This document shows positions 13,431 through 27,200 of a DNA stretch of 64,000 nt, piece by piece (position 1 is the stretch's first letter; each line of letters opens with the position of its first letter). Origin of the DNA: Catajapyx aquilonaris (taxonomy: Eukaryota); contig KZ537994.1 in assembly GCA_000934665.2 (NCBI GenBank), forward strand, positions 1-64,000, in the 5' to 3' direction. The notes under the pieces were generated by a model that searched no databases, had not been told where the DNA came from, and saw nothing but the letters and a program-made list of their open reading frames with translations. The translations under genes and the position numbers were made by a program.

Positions 13431-13500
13431 GTAGTGCAGTGGTCTAGTGGTTAAGACTATCTCTTCGTAACCTGAAGGTTTATTGAAGGATCGAATCCTG
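13431..13500 (+). pseudogene. tRNA-like module A (A box TGGTCTAGTGG, B-box-like GGATCGAATCC, TT-CGT-AA loop); mirror copy at about 15720-15790 (-)
   Basis: Pol III internal promoter motifs at tRNA spacing; acceptor stem does not pair convincingly. Confidence 0.55.
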
Positions 13501-13637
13501 AAAAAAAGACGTCGTTTCTTTTTATCGCTATGGACCTTTCCCGCTGTAACTTCACCTCTCATTTCACATTTATTTCTCTTTGAAGTGCATCTGGTAAATA
13601 GGCTAGACCCTTCCAACACTCACACTCTCGTTGCAGC

Positions 13638-13705
13638 ATAGCGTGGCTGTGTGGTAACGCATCAGACTCTCAATCGGGAGATGCGGGTTCAAATCCCGAA
13701 TCTCC
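13638..13705 (+). pseudogene. tRNA-Lys-like module B (GCATCAGACTCTCAATC...GGTTCAAATCCC); mirror copy at about 15520-15585 (-); diverged third copy at about 14485-14552 (+)
   Basis: Resembles the tRNA-Lys anticodon arm and T loop, with loop CT-CTC-AA. No good acceptor stem; SINE-head-like. Confidence 0.6.
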
Positions 13706-16700
13706 GTGGTTGAGAGTCAGAAAAAAAAAATTTGCAGCCGACATCTCTGGCCAAGATGGCGACTGTTCCTTCGCAGTTTCCCCAACACTTCTTCAGAGAT
13801 GTCAGAGGAGCAGCGAAGAGGGCGGGGGGAGGGGAGGAGAGGGGGAGGAAAGGGTGGGAGGAGAGAAAAATTTTTTGGAAATTTTTAAGACACCTGCTTA
13901 ATGGGAGGGGGCGGTCACTTTTTTCGAAGAAAAAAGTCAAAGAAATAAAAAGTCAATTAAATGATCAAGTGGCTCCGCTTGTGTTGTCCATCCCGGCAAC
14001 CCCCACCCTACCGTCCCCATAGTCCCTACATTTGTCTTATACCAGGGAGTTCCATTCTCAAACCTATCACCCCTCCAAATATTTAACTCTACAATTTAAA
14101 CTATGAGTCCAATAAAATCACCAGCACATGCAAATTAATCAGCACTATTTTTAGGGCATTTTCAATAGTTTGTTGCAGCCTGACCTTTGACCTGAAAGGC
14201 CCTACTATTAGGTTTTTGGTCTGGGGGCAGGCCCTACCACGGTTTCCATCTGTCGGATCTTTCGTAATGACACTGTACATAGCACAGTACATAGCTACAC
14301 AGCATATCTCTCGATGTGAAGAATAAGTATGCCTGGCCGGTTATGACTGTATTAGTATGAATGTGACGTAGGTCCAATATAACCCTTACAATATAAGAGT
14401 ATGATAAATGAAGTGAAGTTAAAACCATCAAAAAATTGCATTGGTAAATAGGCTACACCTTCCGATTGACACGTGAGGGTAGATGGTGCGAGCTATCCGT
14501 GTGAGCAGCGCTCTCGACTCTCAATCCAGGGATCCGGGTTCAAATCCCGGGTGAGAGTGAGAGTGAGAGTCAAAATATTTGTTGCCATCATGAATGGCGC
14601 GACCTCTTCATCTTTCGGGTCAATAAGATGACCAAAGAAGATGAGAGGGGCACTGGAGGGAGGGGTGGGGAAGAAGAAATAAAATTATTTTTATTTCTTA
14701 CATGAAAATAGACTATCTAAAACCGCGCCGACGATGTGCGCATCTCCACCCACAGCGGGTGGGGATTTATTATTTTTATCAATCCAAACAGTGATGCCGA
14801 ATGACCGTCCTGATGACCCCCAGGAGGTGAGGATGACCACTCGCCTACGTCACATTCATACTGATACCTGCCAACTACGTTTGGCTATAGGGGCATATAC
14901 TGCTTCACATCGACATATATACTGTATATCTATGTACTGGACTATACAGTCTCATTACGAAAGATCCGACAGATGGAGACCGCGGTATGCCCCGGCCCCT
15001 GACCAAAAACCTAATATTAGGGCCTTTCAGGTCAAAGGTCAGGCTGCAACAAACTATTGAAAATGCCCTAAAAATAGTGCCGATTAATTTGCATGTGCTG
15101 GTGGATTTATTGGATCTATAGTTTAAATTGTAGGGTTAAATATTTGGAGTGGTGATAGGTTGGAGAATGGAACCCCCGGGTATAAGACAAATGTAGGGAC
15201 TATGGGGAGGGTAGGGCGGGGGCTGCCGGGATGGACAACACAAGCGGAGCCACTTGATCATTTAATTGACTTTTTATTTCTTTGACTTTTTTCTTCGAAA
15301 AAAGTGACCGCCCCCTCCCATTAAGCAGGTGTCTTAAAAATTTCCAAAAATTTTTCTCCCCTCCCACCCCTTCCTCCCCCTCTCCACCCCTCCCCCCCCC
15401 CCTTTTCGCTGCTCCTCTGACACCTCTGAAGAAGTGTTGGGGAAACTGCGAAGAAACAGTCGCCATCTTGGCCAGAGATGTCGGCTGCAAAATTTTTTTT
15501 CTGACTCTCAACCAAGGGGACACGGGATTTGAACCCACATCTTCCGATTGAGAGTCTGATGCGTTACCACACAGCCACGCTATGCTGCAACGAGAGTGTG
15601 AGTGTTGGAAGGGTCTAGCCTATTTACCAGATGCACTTCAAAGAGAAATAAATGTGAAATGAGAGGTGAAGTTACGGCGGGAAAGGTCCATAGCGATAAA
15701 AAGAAACGACGTCTTTTTTTCAGCATTCGATCCTTCAACCTTCTGGTTACGAAGAGATAGTCTTAACCACTAGACCACTGCACTACTGCGATACTGACAC
15801 TCTCTCCAGCATGTACTTATGGTAAAGAAAGGGCGCCACAAAAATAATGCCATTCATCTCAATGTAGTGTCATTTGTCAAATAAATTATCATAATATATC
15901 CTTGTATAATTATTTTCTGTGGGAATTTATACAATTCAACAATCACCATAAAATGTTTGATTTCGGTTACATTTTTTTTAGCCTTATTAGTGTGTTAAGT
16001 AAAATAATGTGGTAATTTGTGTCGGGCTTCCATTAAATAGGCACCACGTACTGAACAACTCAAAAATACAATAAATGCCCATGCTATATACCCCGGAAGG
16101 GGTGAAAGTATTACCCTCAAATTATATTATTATGTGGTAATTTTTAATTCGTGTGTTTCAGTTGTATTCAGTTAAAAAGGGCATATTCATTACGATACAG
16201 TATATGTTATTAGAAACCATTATTTTCTCGGCTTTTCCAGTTTTCCCCGCCACTAATTCTTCCGCCCTTTTCTCCCAACCTGAGTACCTGACATCTTTTC
16301 TCCAACTGAACCTGCGTTACTGAGCTAGTCAGGGTGTGACCCGAGGTCAGGGGTCACACAATGTATTGTACTGTATAAAGTATGTACGATAAACCTACCA
16401 GCTGTGTCCTTCTTTTGAAGATTTGGAAATGGCCACCCTACCTGCAGAAGGCCTAAAAAGGGACATGTCCACTAAAACGAAAATAATAGATTCCCACACA
16501 TGAAGAGCATCGACTCTCACACTCGTCAAAAACAAAACAAAAAAGGATAAGAAACTGCGTATGTTCACAAATTATTCAGTCTGCAGTACACCACCGCCAT
16601 CATCACAAGATGTTACTCTCGAACTGAACACTGCAAAGGGCACTCTCTCAAAAGCAACGTGTATCCATGGTACACAGCGTCACGATTTTTTTAAATGCAA

Positions 16701-18255
16701 ATTGTGCAAATTTGCATGTTTTAGCACAGCTCTGTGTACCATGCTTTCAGATCATGTAGCAGACACCTAATTGTCCACTACACCTACATGCTACTTCTAG
16801 AATACGTCATTCATCAAATACACATACTGCATACTCCATACGGGAGGAATGGCAACAGCATAAGAAATTAATAAGATGTGATATCCCATTCGTGAGGACG
16901 TATAGGTTCTGTTCAATGAGAAACACAAACCACTTTGATACCTATCTATACATTTTATTGGCAATTGTCAAAAGACGTCCAGTCAGTGGAATTTATACAA
17001 ACAACTTTTTCAAATACAACTGTGAAGGTCCATGATTTTACATGCATTATTCGCCCGAATAGCATGCCAAAAACCAGAATGCAATTCACAGTTTTAACTC
17101 GTTTCTGAATGTGCCCCTTCTAATATCAACCAAAGGTATCAACTAGAGAGCCTCTCTATGTGCCCCACTCCGGATCACTCTGGCGATAACTGAGGGCGAT
17201 AAGAAACTCGGCAATAATAATAATTTGATCTCAGGTAGCTCGACCTAATAAGCAAAGCATGACGATTCTGAGTCTTTCTGAGCTTCTATTGAGTTCTAAT
17301 CGTCCTTTATTGCTATTGTGGTGGGTGATCCGGAGTAGGTGTAATTCAGATGATGCAGTGGGAATGTCCTTCCTTTTAACACAAGATAATCTGCAGCAAT
17401 GCACTCTTGAAGTCTGTTATGTCAGAAGCGGTGTCCAATTTGTTGAAATAATAAGTCTTCCTGATCTACGGCGAAAACACATGAGATGGGTAGTTGCAAA
17501 AGTGAGTGATCATCCTTCAAGGCTGCACTAATATACAGTGATATCTGGATACAGTGTTCCACATAATGGTCGTATTGAGCAGGTTTCCGTTACATGCTAC
17601 AGAAATACTTTACAAAATATTGCCAGGACCTTACAAAAGTTTCATAAAGAGGGTGTGTTACTGTTGCATCAATGGTCCACTGTGTCATAGTCTTCGGCAG
17701 TTATTTTCATGGATGTTTTTACTTCGGAAGTACAAACCTCACGTGCAAGGAAGGTTGGTCATTAGTAGGCTAATGAAACTTGAAAACCATCCATAAAGTT
17801 ACCATGGCTGTCTCTCTACAACATGTCTGCAGTGGAAGTTTGGCCGATGTCTACTCCCAAGACTGCAGTGGAGCTATAGCTGAATTTATCAAGAACTGAT
17901 TAGGCCATCAAGGGATAATTCCTCGGCAATCTTGGAGAGACACATTGAAACCAAAACAATAACAGGAATTCAGAGAGGCTAACTTTACACGTGGATTGAA
18001 GGCGCGTTTAACGACGTTAGACACACTCTCTGAATACCATACAAATGCAAAACTTCCTGTGCAATCTTGAAGTAGATTCCCTACATACGTGACTCGCCTC
18101 TCTTCGCTCAAATATTCACATACTCATTGCAATATGGAAATCGCTGCACACATTCACACGACCGCGCACACCCACCCACTTACACACACGTAAACCCCCC
18201 CGCCGACACTTGGCGACAAATGTCTTTCACACAAAAGGTGATGTGTAGCACCCAA

Positions 18256-21200
18256 TCACTTTGCCGGAGAAGTGTTGTAGTCCACGTACACTCTGACCAC
18301 CTCCCCAGAGTACTTCCTCTGAGAGGGCATGAAGTAGAAGTCCGGCTGCATGTCCGGCGCCCCGTGTCGTGGACGCAGCGCCTGCTGGGGATGGGGGTAG
18401 TACTCCCCCGAGGCGGCCAGCCCGGCGTGAAGGGGCCGGGGTAAGGAGTAGGTGGCCCTGTCCATGCCCCCTGACCCCCTAGGATGACCGTTGGTGCCCT
18501 TGGGGAGGCGCTGGAGGGAACGGGTGTTGCCCGGGTAGTATCCGCCGCCTCCTCCTCCACCTCCTGGCACTGTTCCGACGGTCAAGTCCATGGCCGACGG
18601 GTGGTACCGGGATGACGAACCGTTGCTTGACGGTACAGCCTTCTCGTCGCTCTCGAATGCCTCGTAAGCGTAGTTTGTACTGGCCGCTGCGGAGTAGTCC
18701 TTCCATGCCGAGTGGGTTATCAGACGCTCCTGAGGGATCGTCATGCAATGTTACTTTCATGTCAAATGACAACCTTACACTGAGACACAAAGAAAGCGAC
18801 AGTTGAACAAAGTTCACTGTGGAACTATCATTGCCAATTATGACGAGTATGGACAAACAAGAGCCCTAATCTCTATATGTACAGTATTCCATATACAAAC
18901 TCTGCTTATCCAGAAGCTTCAAGAAAGTACGTTCCGTTTTTTTAAAAAAAATTAGAAAAGCTACAAAGCACCTCCAGATAAAATATTACGCACATCTGAA
19001 AGAACTGACTACTTTTTTTTTTTCAACTGACATAGTTTTCAGCCTATATAGGTATTTGTCATAGTTACAGAAGATTTTGCATGCTTACACGTCATAGGAA
19101 TTTACCACCAGCCATTTACCTGCTGGATTGCAACTCCTATAGTCATTGTGAAACCTCTGATTTCAGTGATTTGCGTGCCATTTCTTCGTGTTTATGGACA
19201 GGTGGTAATCGCTAGGCTCTAAGTTCATGCTCTTAGATTTGAACAATATTCTCCCTAGAATAATTGTTGGAAGGGTTTCTTTGAGAAAGGCGGTATGCAG
19301 GCGGGCATTGTCGCGAAAGAACACCCGGAAATCAACCTGCCACTATGTTTATTATGAATTGCCATCCTTAACTTCTGCAATGACTCACAGTAAACCTTTG
19401 GGTTTAACAAATTCCGCGGTATGTTGAATTCCGAAATGTTTTTCTTGCATGGAAATCCCCGCTATTAGCAATAAATTATTAGCTCTTGGTATAGTGCATA
19501 ATAAAAGTCACACAAAATGTTTCTCATGCAACATTCATTTCTAGCTAGCCTTCACTGGTGTGCATGTAAATGTTATGCATGTATAGTGTAGGTTTGCTTT
19601 TTGAAGTAAACACTTTGTAGCCTACTGTTGGTCACTCGATATTTTTTTGTAGTTACGTTGCATGAATGCATGTAGTGTTGTGTGATGCATGCCAGTATTT
19701 TCCATGCACATAAATTTTTAACAAATTAAACACATAGCTTTTATCTCTTTAAATAGCTGAATAAAAGTCCTGTAAAAATACTGTATATCAGGATATCATG
19801 CAGGTTTTCGCGCCTGTAAAGAATGAAGGACTCAATTAGTCCAATGGAAGCAGCTGTGGTGTCATAACATTTCCAGCCGACTGGTGCTGTCAGCTTAAAG
19901 TGAAGATTTCCTACATATTGCAGTGCATGCAACACACACTTCATGCAGCACGCGGAATATTAAGAGATCATATCTCACACACTGTGACACCATTTCCACT
20001 ACCACTTCCCCTTTTCCCTAAAGAGTTGTTAAGACACTGGGGACTCTTCTCCCCCATCTGCTCCTTCTCTCTCGGGTTGTATAAGAGGATCCTCAGGAGG
20101 GGAAGCTGTGTATCCATTAGAAGAAGGGTGAACCTGTACAAGACAAACTGTGTAATTCCTGTCCTCCCACTGCACCTACTCTCATCACGGTACAATTATA
20201 TAACACTTCACCCCACAATGTTAGTCAGTGGGTTATGTAGAACATGATAACTCGCGGCTGGTACATTCTATTTTTTAGTCCAGAAATAAACATAATTTTC
20301 ATTAACCTTGTGGCTGTTTGAAGACCTCCTGGTAAGCCTGTATATTGTGCAGAGTGCCTGGATGAGAGCCACCATCACCAACACAGCAATGCAGGCAATC
20401 ACAATGTACAATCGAAGACCAGTGAGAGGCCCTTCAGATGCAAGTCTCTTCCGCTCTCCTTCTGATGGATCCTCTGGTGGTGTTGCCACTAAAAATGTAA
20501 TAATGTTCATTGACACCTGTTCCACTCGTAATTAACCAGAAGAGTTTCTTGGCATACCTGCAGCATCTTTGACTACGAGGTAGTTGGGATCAACTTGTAA
20601 GGCTCCGATTCGTCCATTAGCCAAGCTCTCCCTGAGTGTCCCTTCAACAGTGACCAAATTTGTACTTGCCGCCTCTTCGTACATGCCTCTATCAACTGCC
20701 ACGTTCATCTCAGCCACTAGATTGTTGCCCTCTCTGAATTCAACATGAAAAAATAATTAATTAAGTACAAGAATTACATAAAAATGAGGCAATACAAATC
20801 GACACGTACTGTTTCACACTGGTGATGTCCACAGTCTGGAATCCAGGTACCGTTTCCAAAACACCCCCTACAGCTCTTGCCACTTGACGAGTCAGAGTGT
20901 CATATTCCTGAGAGCCCACCTGAGGCAGAACAAAATTTTCGCCAACCTGGACCATTTTGAGAGCAACACTGTAGTGCAGAGTGGGTGGTGGTGGCGTTGT
21001 TGATCTAATGACATCTGAACCACAGAACATAATTATTGGAAGTGTTGTAATAAATTAGTTGTGAAAAAAGCATTTCTGTTCAGTGCTTACTGGAAAATCC
21101 GCATGATTTGATGCAAATCTTCACTGCCGAAACTGTAGGTGTCACTTCGTGTTTCCTCATTCTCTTGTTCACACTGTTAAAGGATCCACCTTTCACAGGG

Positions 21201-24200
21201 AACATAAAGTAGTAACACTTGTCATCGGTGAAATCCACATCCTACAAAGACATCAGGAAAAATTATTCTTATGAACATTAATTCTGTAAAATATTTTTAA
21301 GCCAATTTATTTACCTGAATATCGCCAGTTACTCTTTTCCGGTCAAAAAACAGAGTAGTAATGCCATCTTCATGGCGCCCAGAGAAGTTGTATATGTTTT
21401 GGGAGTTATCCAAGGGAGGAGAATTAATGTAATTGGTTGTCCAAGTGTCCATGATGAAAAAGCGACCTCCAGCATCCACCCATCCGAGGATGGCGTCTGT
21501 TTGAAGCTGCATAAAAATAACAACCCATGAATACATAGTACACTACACGATCATGAACGCAAAAGAAGCATCAACTGACCATGTTAGGAGTCTCAGAAAA
21601 TCCAATACCAGTCCACTTGTCCTTGTGGCTGCTCTGAATAGTGAAGCGAATCTCGTCAGTCTTTTCCAGAAATTCCCACTTGGCGAAATATTCGCATGTC
21701 TTCTGATCCGAGTTGCAGTCACCTGGGTGTTGCCATTGACCTCCACAAAAGCCCAACCCAGTTGGCTCAGATGCAGAAGCACTTGGAGGCGACTCCTCTG
21801 CGGAAAAGAATGGGACATACATAATGAGCTGTCTGATTATACTGTACAAGCAAGAATAACAAGCTTGTCATACCAAAGAAGTTGAGGGAAAGGACTCCTC
21901 TCTGGTCCTTCTGGCCGTGATATTTGGCTTCGTCAGGACGGTAAAAGTCAGGCACAGTGGCATTTTCCTTTTCCAAGCCCGAGAGAGGATGGTGGACGTA
22001 TTTTCCTGGTTCCTGACCTCGAGCCCATATCACGTGCATAAGATCATTCACGATGGAGTGGTCAGTTGGCTCAGTGGCTGCAGAAAAATATGTAGCCTCT
22101 TTAGTTCCTGTTCGATGGTGTCATGCAAAATAGCACAAATTACCTTTCAGCTTTTTTCGGAACAAAATTGTGGTGACATCGTTTTCTTCAAATCCTAAGG
22201 CTGCAGTCAGGTCGTCTTGACCTCCCCAGTAGGTGTCAAATCTTGGTGTGGATCTGTCTCGCGTGTAGTAATCCCATATCCGACTGTAAGTTCCCCTGGC
22301 CATTCCCATGACAATATCCGTGCAGTCCATTCCGTGGAAATCTGCTCTTGGAGTGTAAGCATGTGGAGGTGCAGTGTGCACCGGCGATGAACCTGGGTAC
22401 AAACGGAGTCAGCTTCATCTCCATATATACTGTAAATCATTGGCAGTAATAAATTCAGACCTTCTGGTTCAGGTGCGGGCTCAGCGCCAGGTTCACTGGC
22501 TGCTCCTTCTGGTTCCGGTTCAGCAGCAGCTGATTCAGCCTTTGGTTCAGCGGCTCCTTCTGGTTCTGGCTTTGGCTCGCTGGACGGTTCAGGCTCACTC
22601 TTGGGTTCGCTCTCAGGTTCACTCTTTGGTTCACTTTCTGACTCCGGAACCGGTTCTGGTGGTCATAAAGTAATTAGTTACTTCGTGCGATTGGCAGGCC
22701 AGGTACAGCATGCAGGCATATCCCAATGTGTGTATGACAGGCTCAATAGGGAGTAATTACCCGAATGTGCTCCTTCAGCTTCCCGTTTCGATCCTGAATC
22801 TTTTCCGTGTTTGTGGTCACTGCTGTAAAAAACAGCTCTTAAAAACCAATCACTTATGACTAAATAAGCTAGTCAACTATGCACTCCACAACAACTTACC
22901 CTCCTTCAGGTTCAGGCTCGGGTTCAGAACTGGGCTCTGGAGAAGGCTCCTCTGCAGCTCGCTTTCCTCGAGCTGAAAAATTACAATCGTCTCATATTGC
23001 TTTCATTACGGTGTGTCGACAGTTAATTTGCGTCTAATTAACAAATAAACAAGGGGGTTAGAAATCTATAGGGCGGTTCTTTCGATTTAGACGAACTTCT
23101 ACGAATTCTACTCATTCATTTTGACGATTTCGTATCATGAATTGCGTAGCATGAAAGCACCATAAATTGCAGATTAATCTGTCTCGTTTTGGTTGGCAAG
23201 CTCCAAATTGGCGAATCAGTTATCCATGCCCTATTAGCTGATGAGGTTCACTGGTCTTACCTTGCACTGGTGAACTACTTTTTCCTCCCACGTGCACTGA
23301 GACAGACACAGTCACTTCTTGCTCCGTGTGATTTCCCAGCACAACCGGAGAAGAGGTGCTGATGCTGGAGCTTGATGAGACTGATCGAGCCTGAGGGCTC
23401 ACAGGCTCTGGTTCACTGCTGGGTTCAGGCTCACTACTAGGTTCAGGCTCACTACTAGGTTCAGGCTCACTGCTGGGTTCAGGTTCGCTACTGACGGGTT
23501 CAGGCTCTGCACTGCTTGGCTCAGGTTCACTGCCAGGTTCTGGTTTACTACTGGGTTCCGGTTTACTGCCAGGCTCTGGTTCACTGCTCGGTTCAGGTTC
23601 AACTTCAGGCTTTGGCTCAGATTCAGCCACAGGCTCTTCCTTTTGGCCTGTTCATGCAAAGAATAGTAAGCGAAACGTAAACATCGGAGAGTTTTTCCAT
23701 CAACCAGATGATATAAAAGTTATATCATACACCTTCTGCCCTATTTATTAGGTTGTTGGTTACGTATCGACCCATTGCAATTAGTGAATCAGTGCGTTGA
23801 AATTGCGTCAATGATTTCCTGCACAACATACTGTTTCAACAAAATGCCCAGAAAATGCAGCAGCCTGATACTAATTGCATCTCGGTAACAGGCATTTATC
23901 CAGAGAGTGATCTCACCTTGGTGCACATGATGTGGTTTGTTGCCTCCAGAAGGCTCAGACTCCGGTTCCGGATGCGGTTCGGCGCCAGGTTCCGGAGAAG
24001 CAGCCCCTGTCTTCAGGTCCACTGCCTTTCCAGTCTTTGGCACAGCCGAGTCTTTGATGTACGGAAACTGCTTACATGTTGCGGTCAGCGAACGAGGACG
24101 CCATCCGATGGCAGCATAACTGGTGCCATTCATCACCATCACCACTTCTATCTCGCCTTCGTCCTTCAGTATCCGCCAATACAGGTGCAGAGCTGGAGAC

Positions 24201-27200
24201 AACTGCTTCAGGGTGTACCTGCTCAGGTCCAACTTAGTCGTCCGAATTGGAGATTCTACAAGGACAGATAAATAAACAATAAAAGTTACCGTATATAAAA
24301 CATTTTTTGGTCCGGATAAGGCTTGTCCTCGATCAATTTTTACGCAATATAAGTGTGACGCAGCACATGAGACACAATCGAGGCGGGGCATCCTGCTAAT
24401 GAGCTTCTCACAAAGCAATGTCTTCTTTGTATTATCAGAATGCGATGCAGTAAGGCGTGACATGACAAACGGCCAATTAGCGCCATAAAAGTTGGGCTCA
24501 GAGTTGCATTTTTAAATGGACGCGGGTCCACTCGGTTTTTTATGGCGGATAAGACCTGGGCAGGTAGTATTTTCAGTAATGTGGCACGTACACAACACAA
24601 AACAGCCATAAAAGCAGCAGTGAAATAATTACACGAAACTTTCTCGTTTCCTCCTTTTTATAATTGCTGTACAGTAGTGCCTTTACTTTTTTTTTTTGTA
24701 ACCTAAGCTACTTCCAGAAACGTATAAATTAATCTGCCATAAGCTCTCTTCACTACAGCACACTTTGAATATTCATTTACCAACAACCACACGTAATATT
24801 TATGCAATTGGACATTTTTGAGCATTTAATAATTATCCGGCCATAATATTGACTCCTCAGCATCTGTTCCTACTGCCAGACTACTTCAATATGATTGATG
24901 TCTTACCTCGAGCACAAGCAGGACCAAACCATCCCAGCTGGCAGAAGCATTGTCTTCGTGGTGCAGTGGTCGCCTTGATGTCCACGCACTTTCCTCGTGG
25001 TCCGCAGTCACCGTCCTGCTCACATTCGTCGCGATATTGGCATCTGGGTCCGTAGTACAGGCGTTCACATCTACACCTCCCAGTGATGGTTTTCCCATGA
25101 CCGCTGCAGTCCTCACGATACTCAGCGCCTAAAATAGTTAGAAAAATACACTCGCATTGGATATATAAGCAATCTTCGTAGAAATCATTTAATTGTTCGG
25201 TACTACTTCATGTCTTCAAATGTGATTTGACAACGCTGCTTTCCTTTTAAGGACGAAACGTGATCATCACAACGTGTGGGCTTATACGTTTGTAAAAAGC
25301 AGTAGTGAGGAAAGGGCTGTTAATAGCACTAAAATGTGTGAATGGCACTGAAAACAATGCATGTAAACAGGAAATTGTGGGAAATCTAGGTGGAGGAGTT
25401 CAGCACGAGCACAGCAACCTAACTCTATGACTCTGCGCCGAGAAAAAGTGTGAAGAACAAGGAAAATATATATACTGCACATTTCTGAGGTTAAGACGAG
25501 TATTTTTAAAAATAATTGAACAGCTCCTCAGTACGCAAACAAAACCCGGACACTGTCATATACAATCCCTTCGTGTCCAATCCTTATTTGGAAATTCATT
25601 GTAGACATATGGTCAGGCGGTAGATCATGAGAGCATGACGAATCGAACACTGGCTTTATTATTAAATAATGCTTAGGATTGACGTGTAGACTCATCGAAC
25701 AGGGACTCCCATGCCATCCAATGCCATTTCATGTCGAGATGATCGGTGGCGATTACTGTCATTTTATTGCCTTAATACAGTGTATGGGGTACGTGCCCTG
25801 CGGCCCTTTTGTGAGAGAATTTTATTGACTCCGGAAATTCCTGTTAGTCATAAGCACGAAGCCTATACCTCTGGAGTCTGTTTCTATACTCACTCATGCA
25901 CTGGTATAGGCAACAAGTAATATTATAATGTATGAATAAACAACGAAGCGACTATGCTCATTTTCACAGCTGGCGAATCACCAATATCAAACCTTTAGCA
26001 ATGAAAAATAGAAGGTCAAACAGTCACATAGATTTACAACTTATAGTGATAACATCCATTGTCTTACTTGCTTGGCAGTAAAACCAGTTTATCAGTGATC
26101 AACATTGCTTTTTTTCATATGTAAGGTGCCCAAAAGAAATTCAAGTGCACAAAAATACAGAATATGACCCAGTTAAGCACATTCTGTAGCGCTCATTTCT
26201 GATATTAGTTTGGGCATCAAGTAGACCGTATCCCACTTTTTGCTGCACATTTTTTTTACACAATTTCTTTCAACCTTTTGGGCTACCAAAGGAATGTGAT
26301 GGTGGGTGGTTGGAAAGTGTGCCTAGATTGCGTCACTGTCACATGAGGAAGCTGAATCGTGTACGAATAAATGTAGTTACAGCGACACTCAATCTTGGTC
26401 TCACAAATAATATTTGGCTCAAAATTTGAGACATAAATGTGACACCAACCCATTTTCCTTCCGAGAATTGGGGTAGACTCTCTCGACGCCCCCAAAAAAG
26501 TGAGTCCTAGCGAAAGCATGAAGTATTGGGCGTGAGTGTAAACGAAAATGACAAGGGATGGTAGGCGAAAGGCCCGTGAGACAATCATGCAGATGAGCCC
26601 ACTCATCACGACATGAACAAGGAGGCCAAGAGCCAAGAATGGCTTTGAGACGCATGTAGCTGTCGACTCTTTTCAAGTTAAAAATTCTTTAAGACGCTGA
26701 ATTTTGGACTGTCGTTTATAAATAAACAGTGAACTTACGTGGCAAGATGTTAACATCAGAACACGACCAGAATCTGTATCCATTTGACCACTCGGATGCC
26801 TGCCTCATCAGACGAAGGGTGCAACCTTGGCATGTGAAGTCATTTGGAAGCTGGACGAAGTGAGACTGCGCCCTGATAAAACATGTAAAAATGTATGGAT
26901 GTACTATCTACAAAATTAGAGATTAACTATGTGAATTAAACTTACGTGACATCATCCTTGACGTAATCCGACTTCTGCGTCTGTGGTGTAAGGTCAATGA
27001 TGGGTCTTTCCAGCTCGTCGAGTAGCTGAAGCTTGTATCCGCCCTACGAAGCAAAGTGGTTGTAGATGAGAAAAGATGACTACACGGCGTACGGTACTTG
27101 CTTCCTACTTCCGTATTTCCATCTCAAATTACGTGTATTTACAATTCCATAACGTGGAAGCAGCCAGGGTGTCCTATTCGGTAATTAAGCGCACTCACCC

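Larger units (their letters stand above)
13396..15820. mobile_element. Foldback-like element: ~980 bp inverted arms (13396-14372 and 14844-15820) around a ~470 bp spacer
   Basis: The right arm is the near-identical reverse complement of the left (ATAAGTACATGCTGG.../...CCAGCATGTACTTAT). Mirror ORFs 13732..14022+ and 15200..15538- are the consequence. Confidence 0.85.

Noticed and set aside
13689..15551. Duplicated ORFs (MQPTSLAKMATV..., MTFFFEKSDR...)
   Set aside because: By-products of the inverted repeat; low complexity with frameshifting indels between arms.
13431..15790. Functional tRNA genes (Thr, Glu/Lys or Sec)
   Set aside because: A/B boxes and anticodon-like loops are present but acceptor stems do not pair, and copies differ by indels; treated as tRNA-derived modules.
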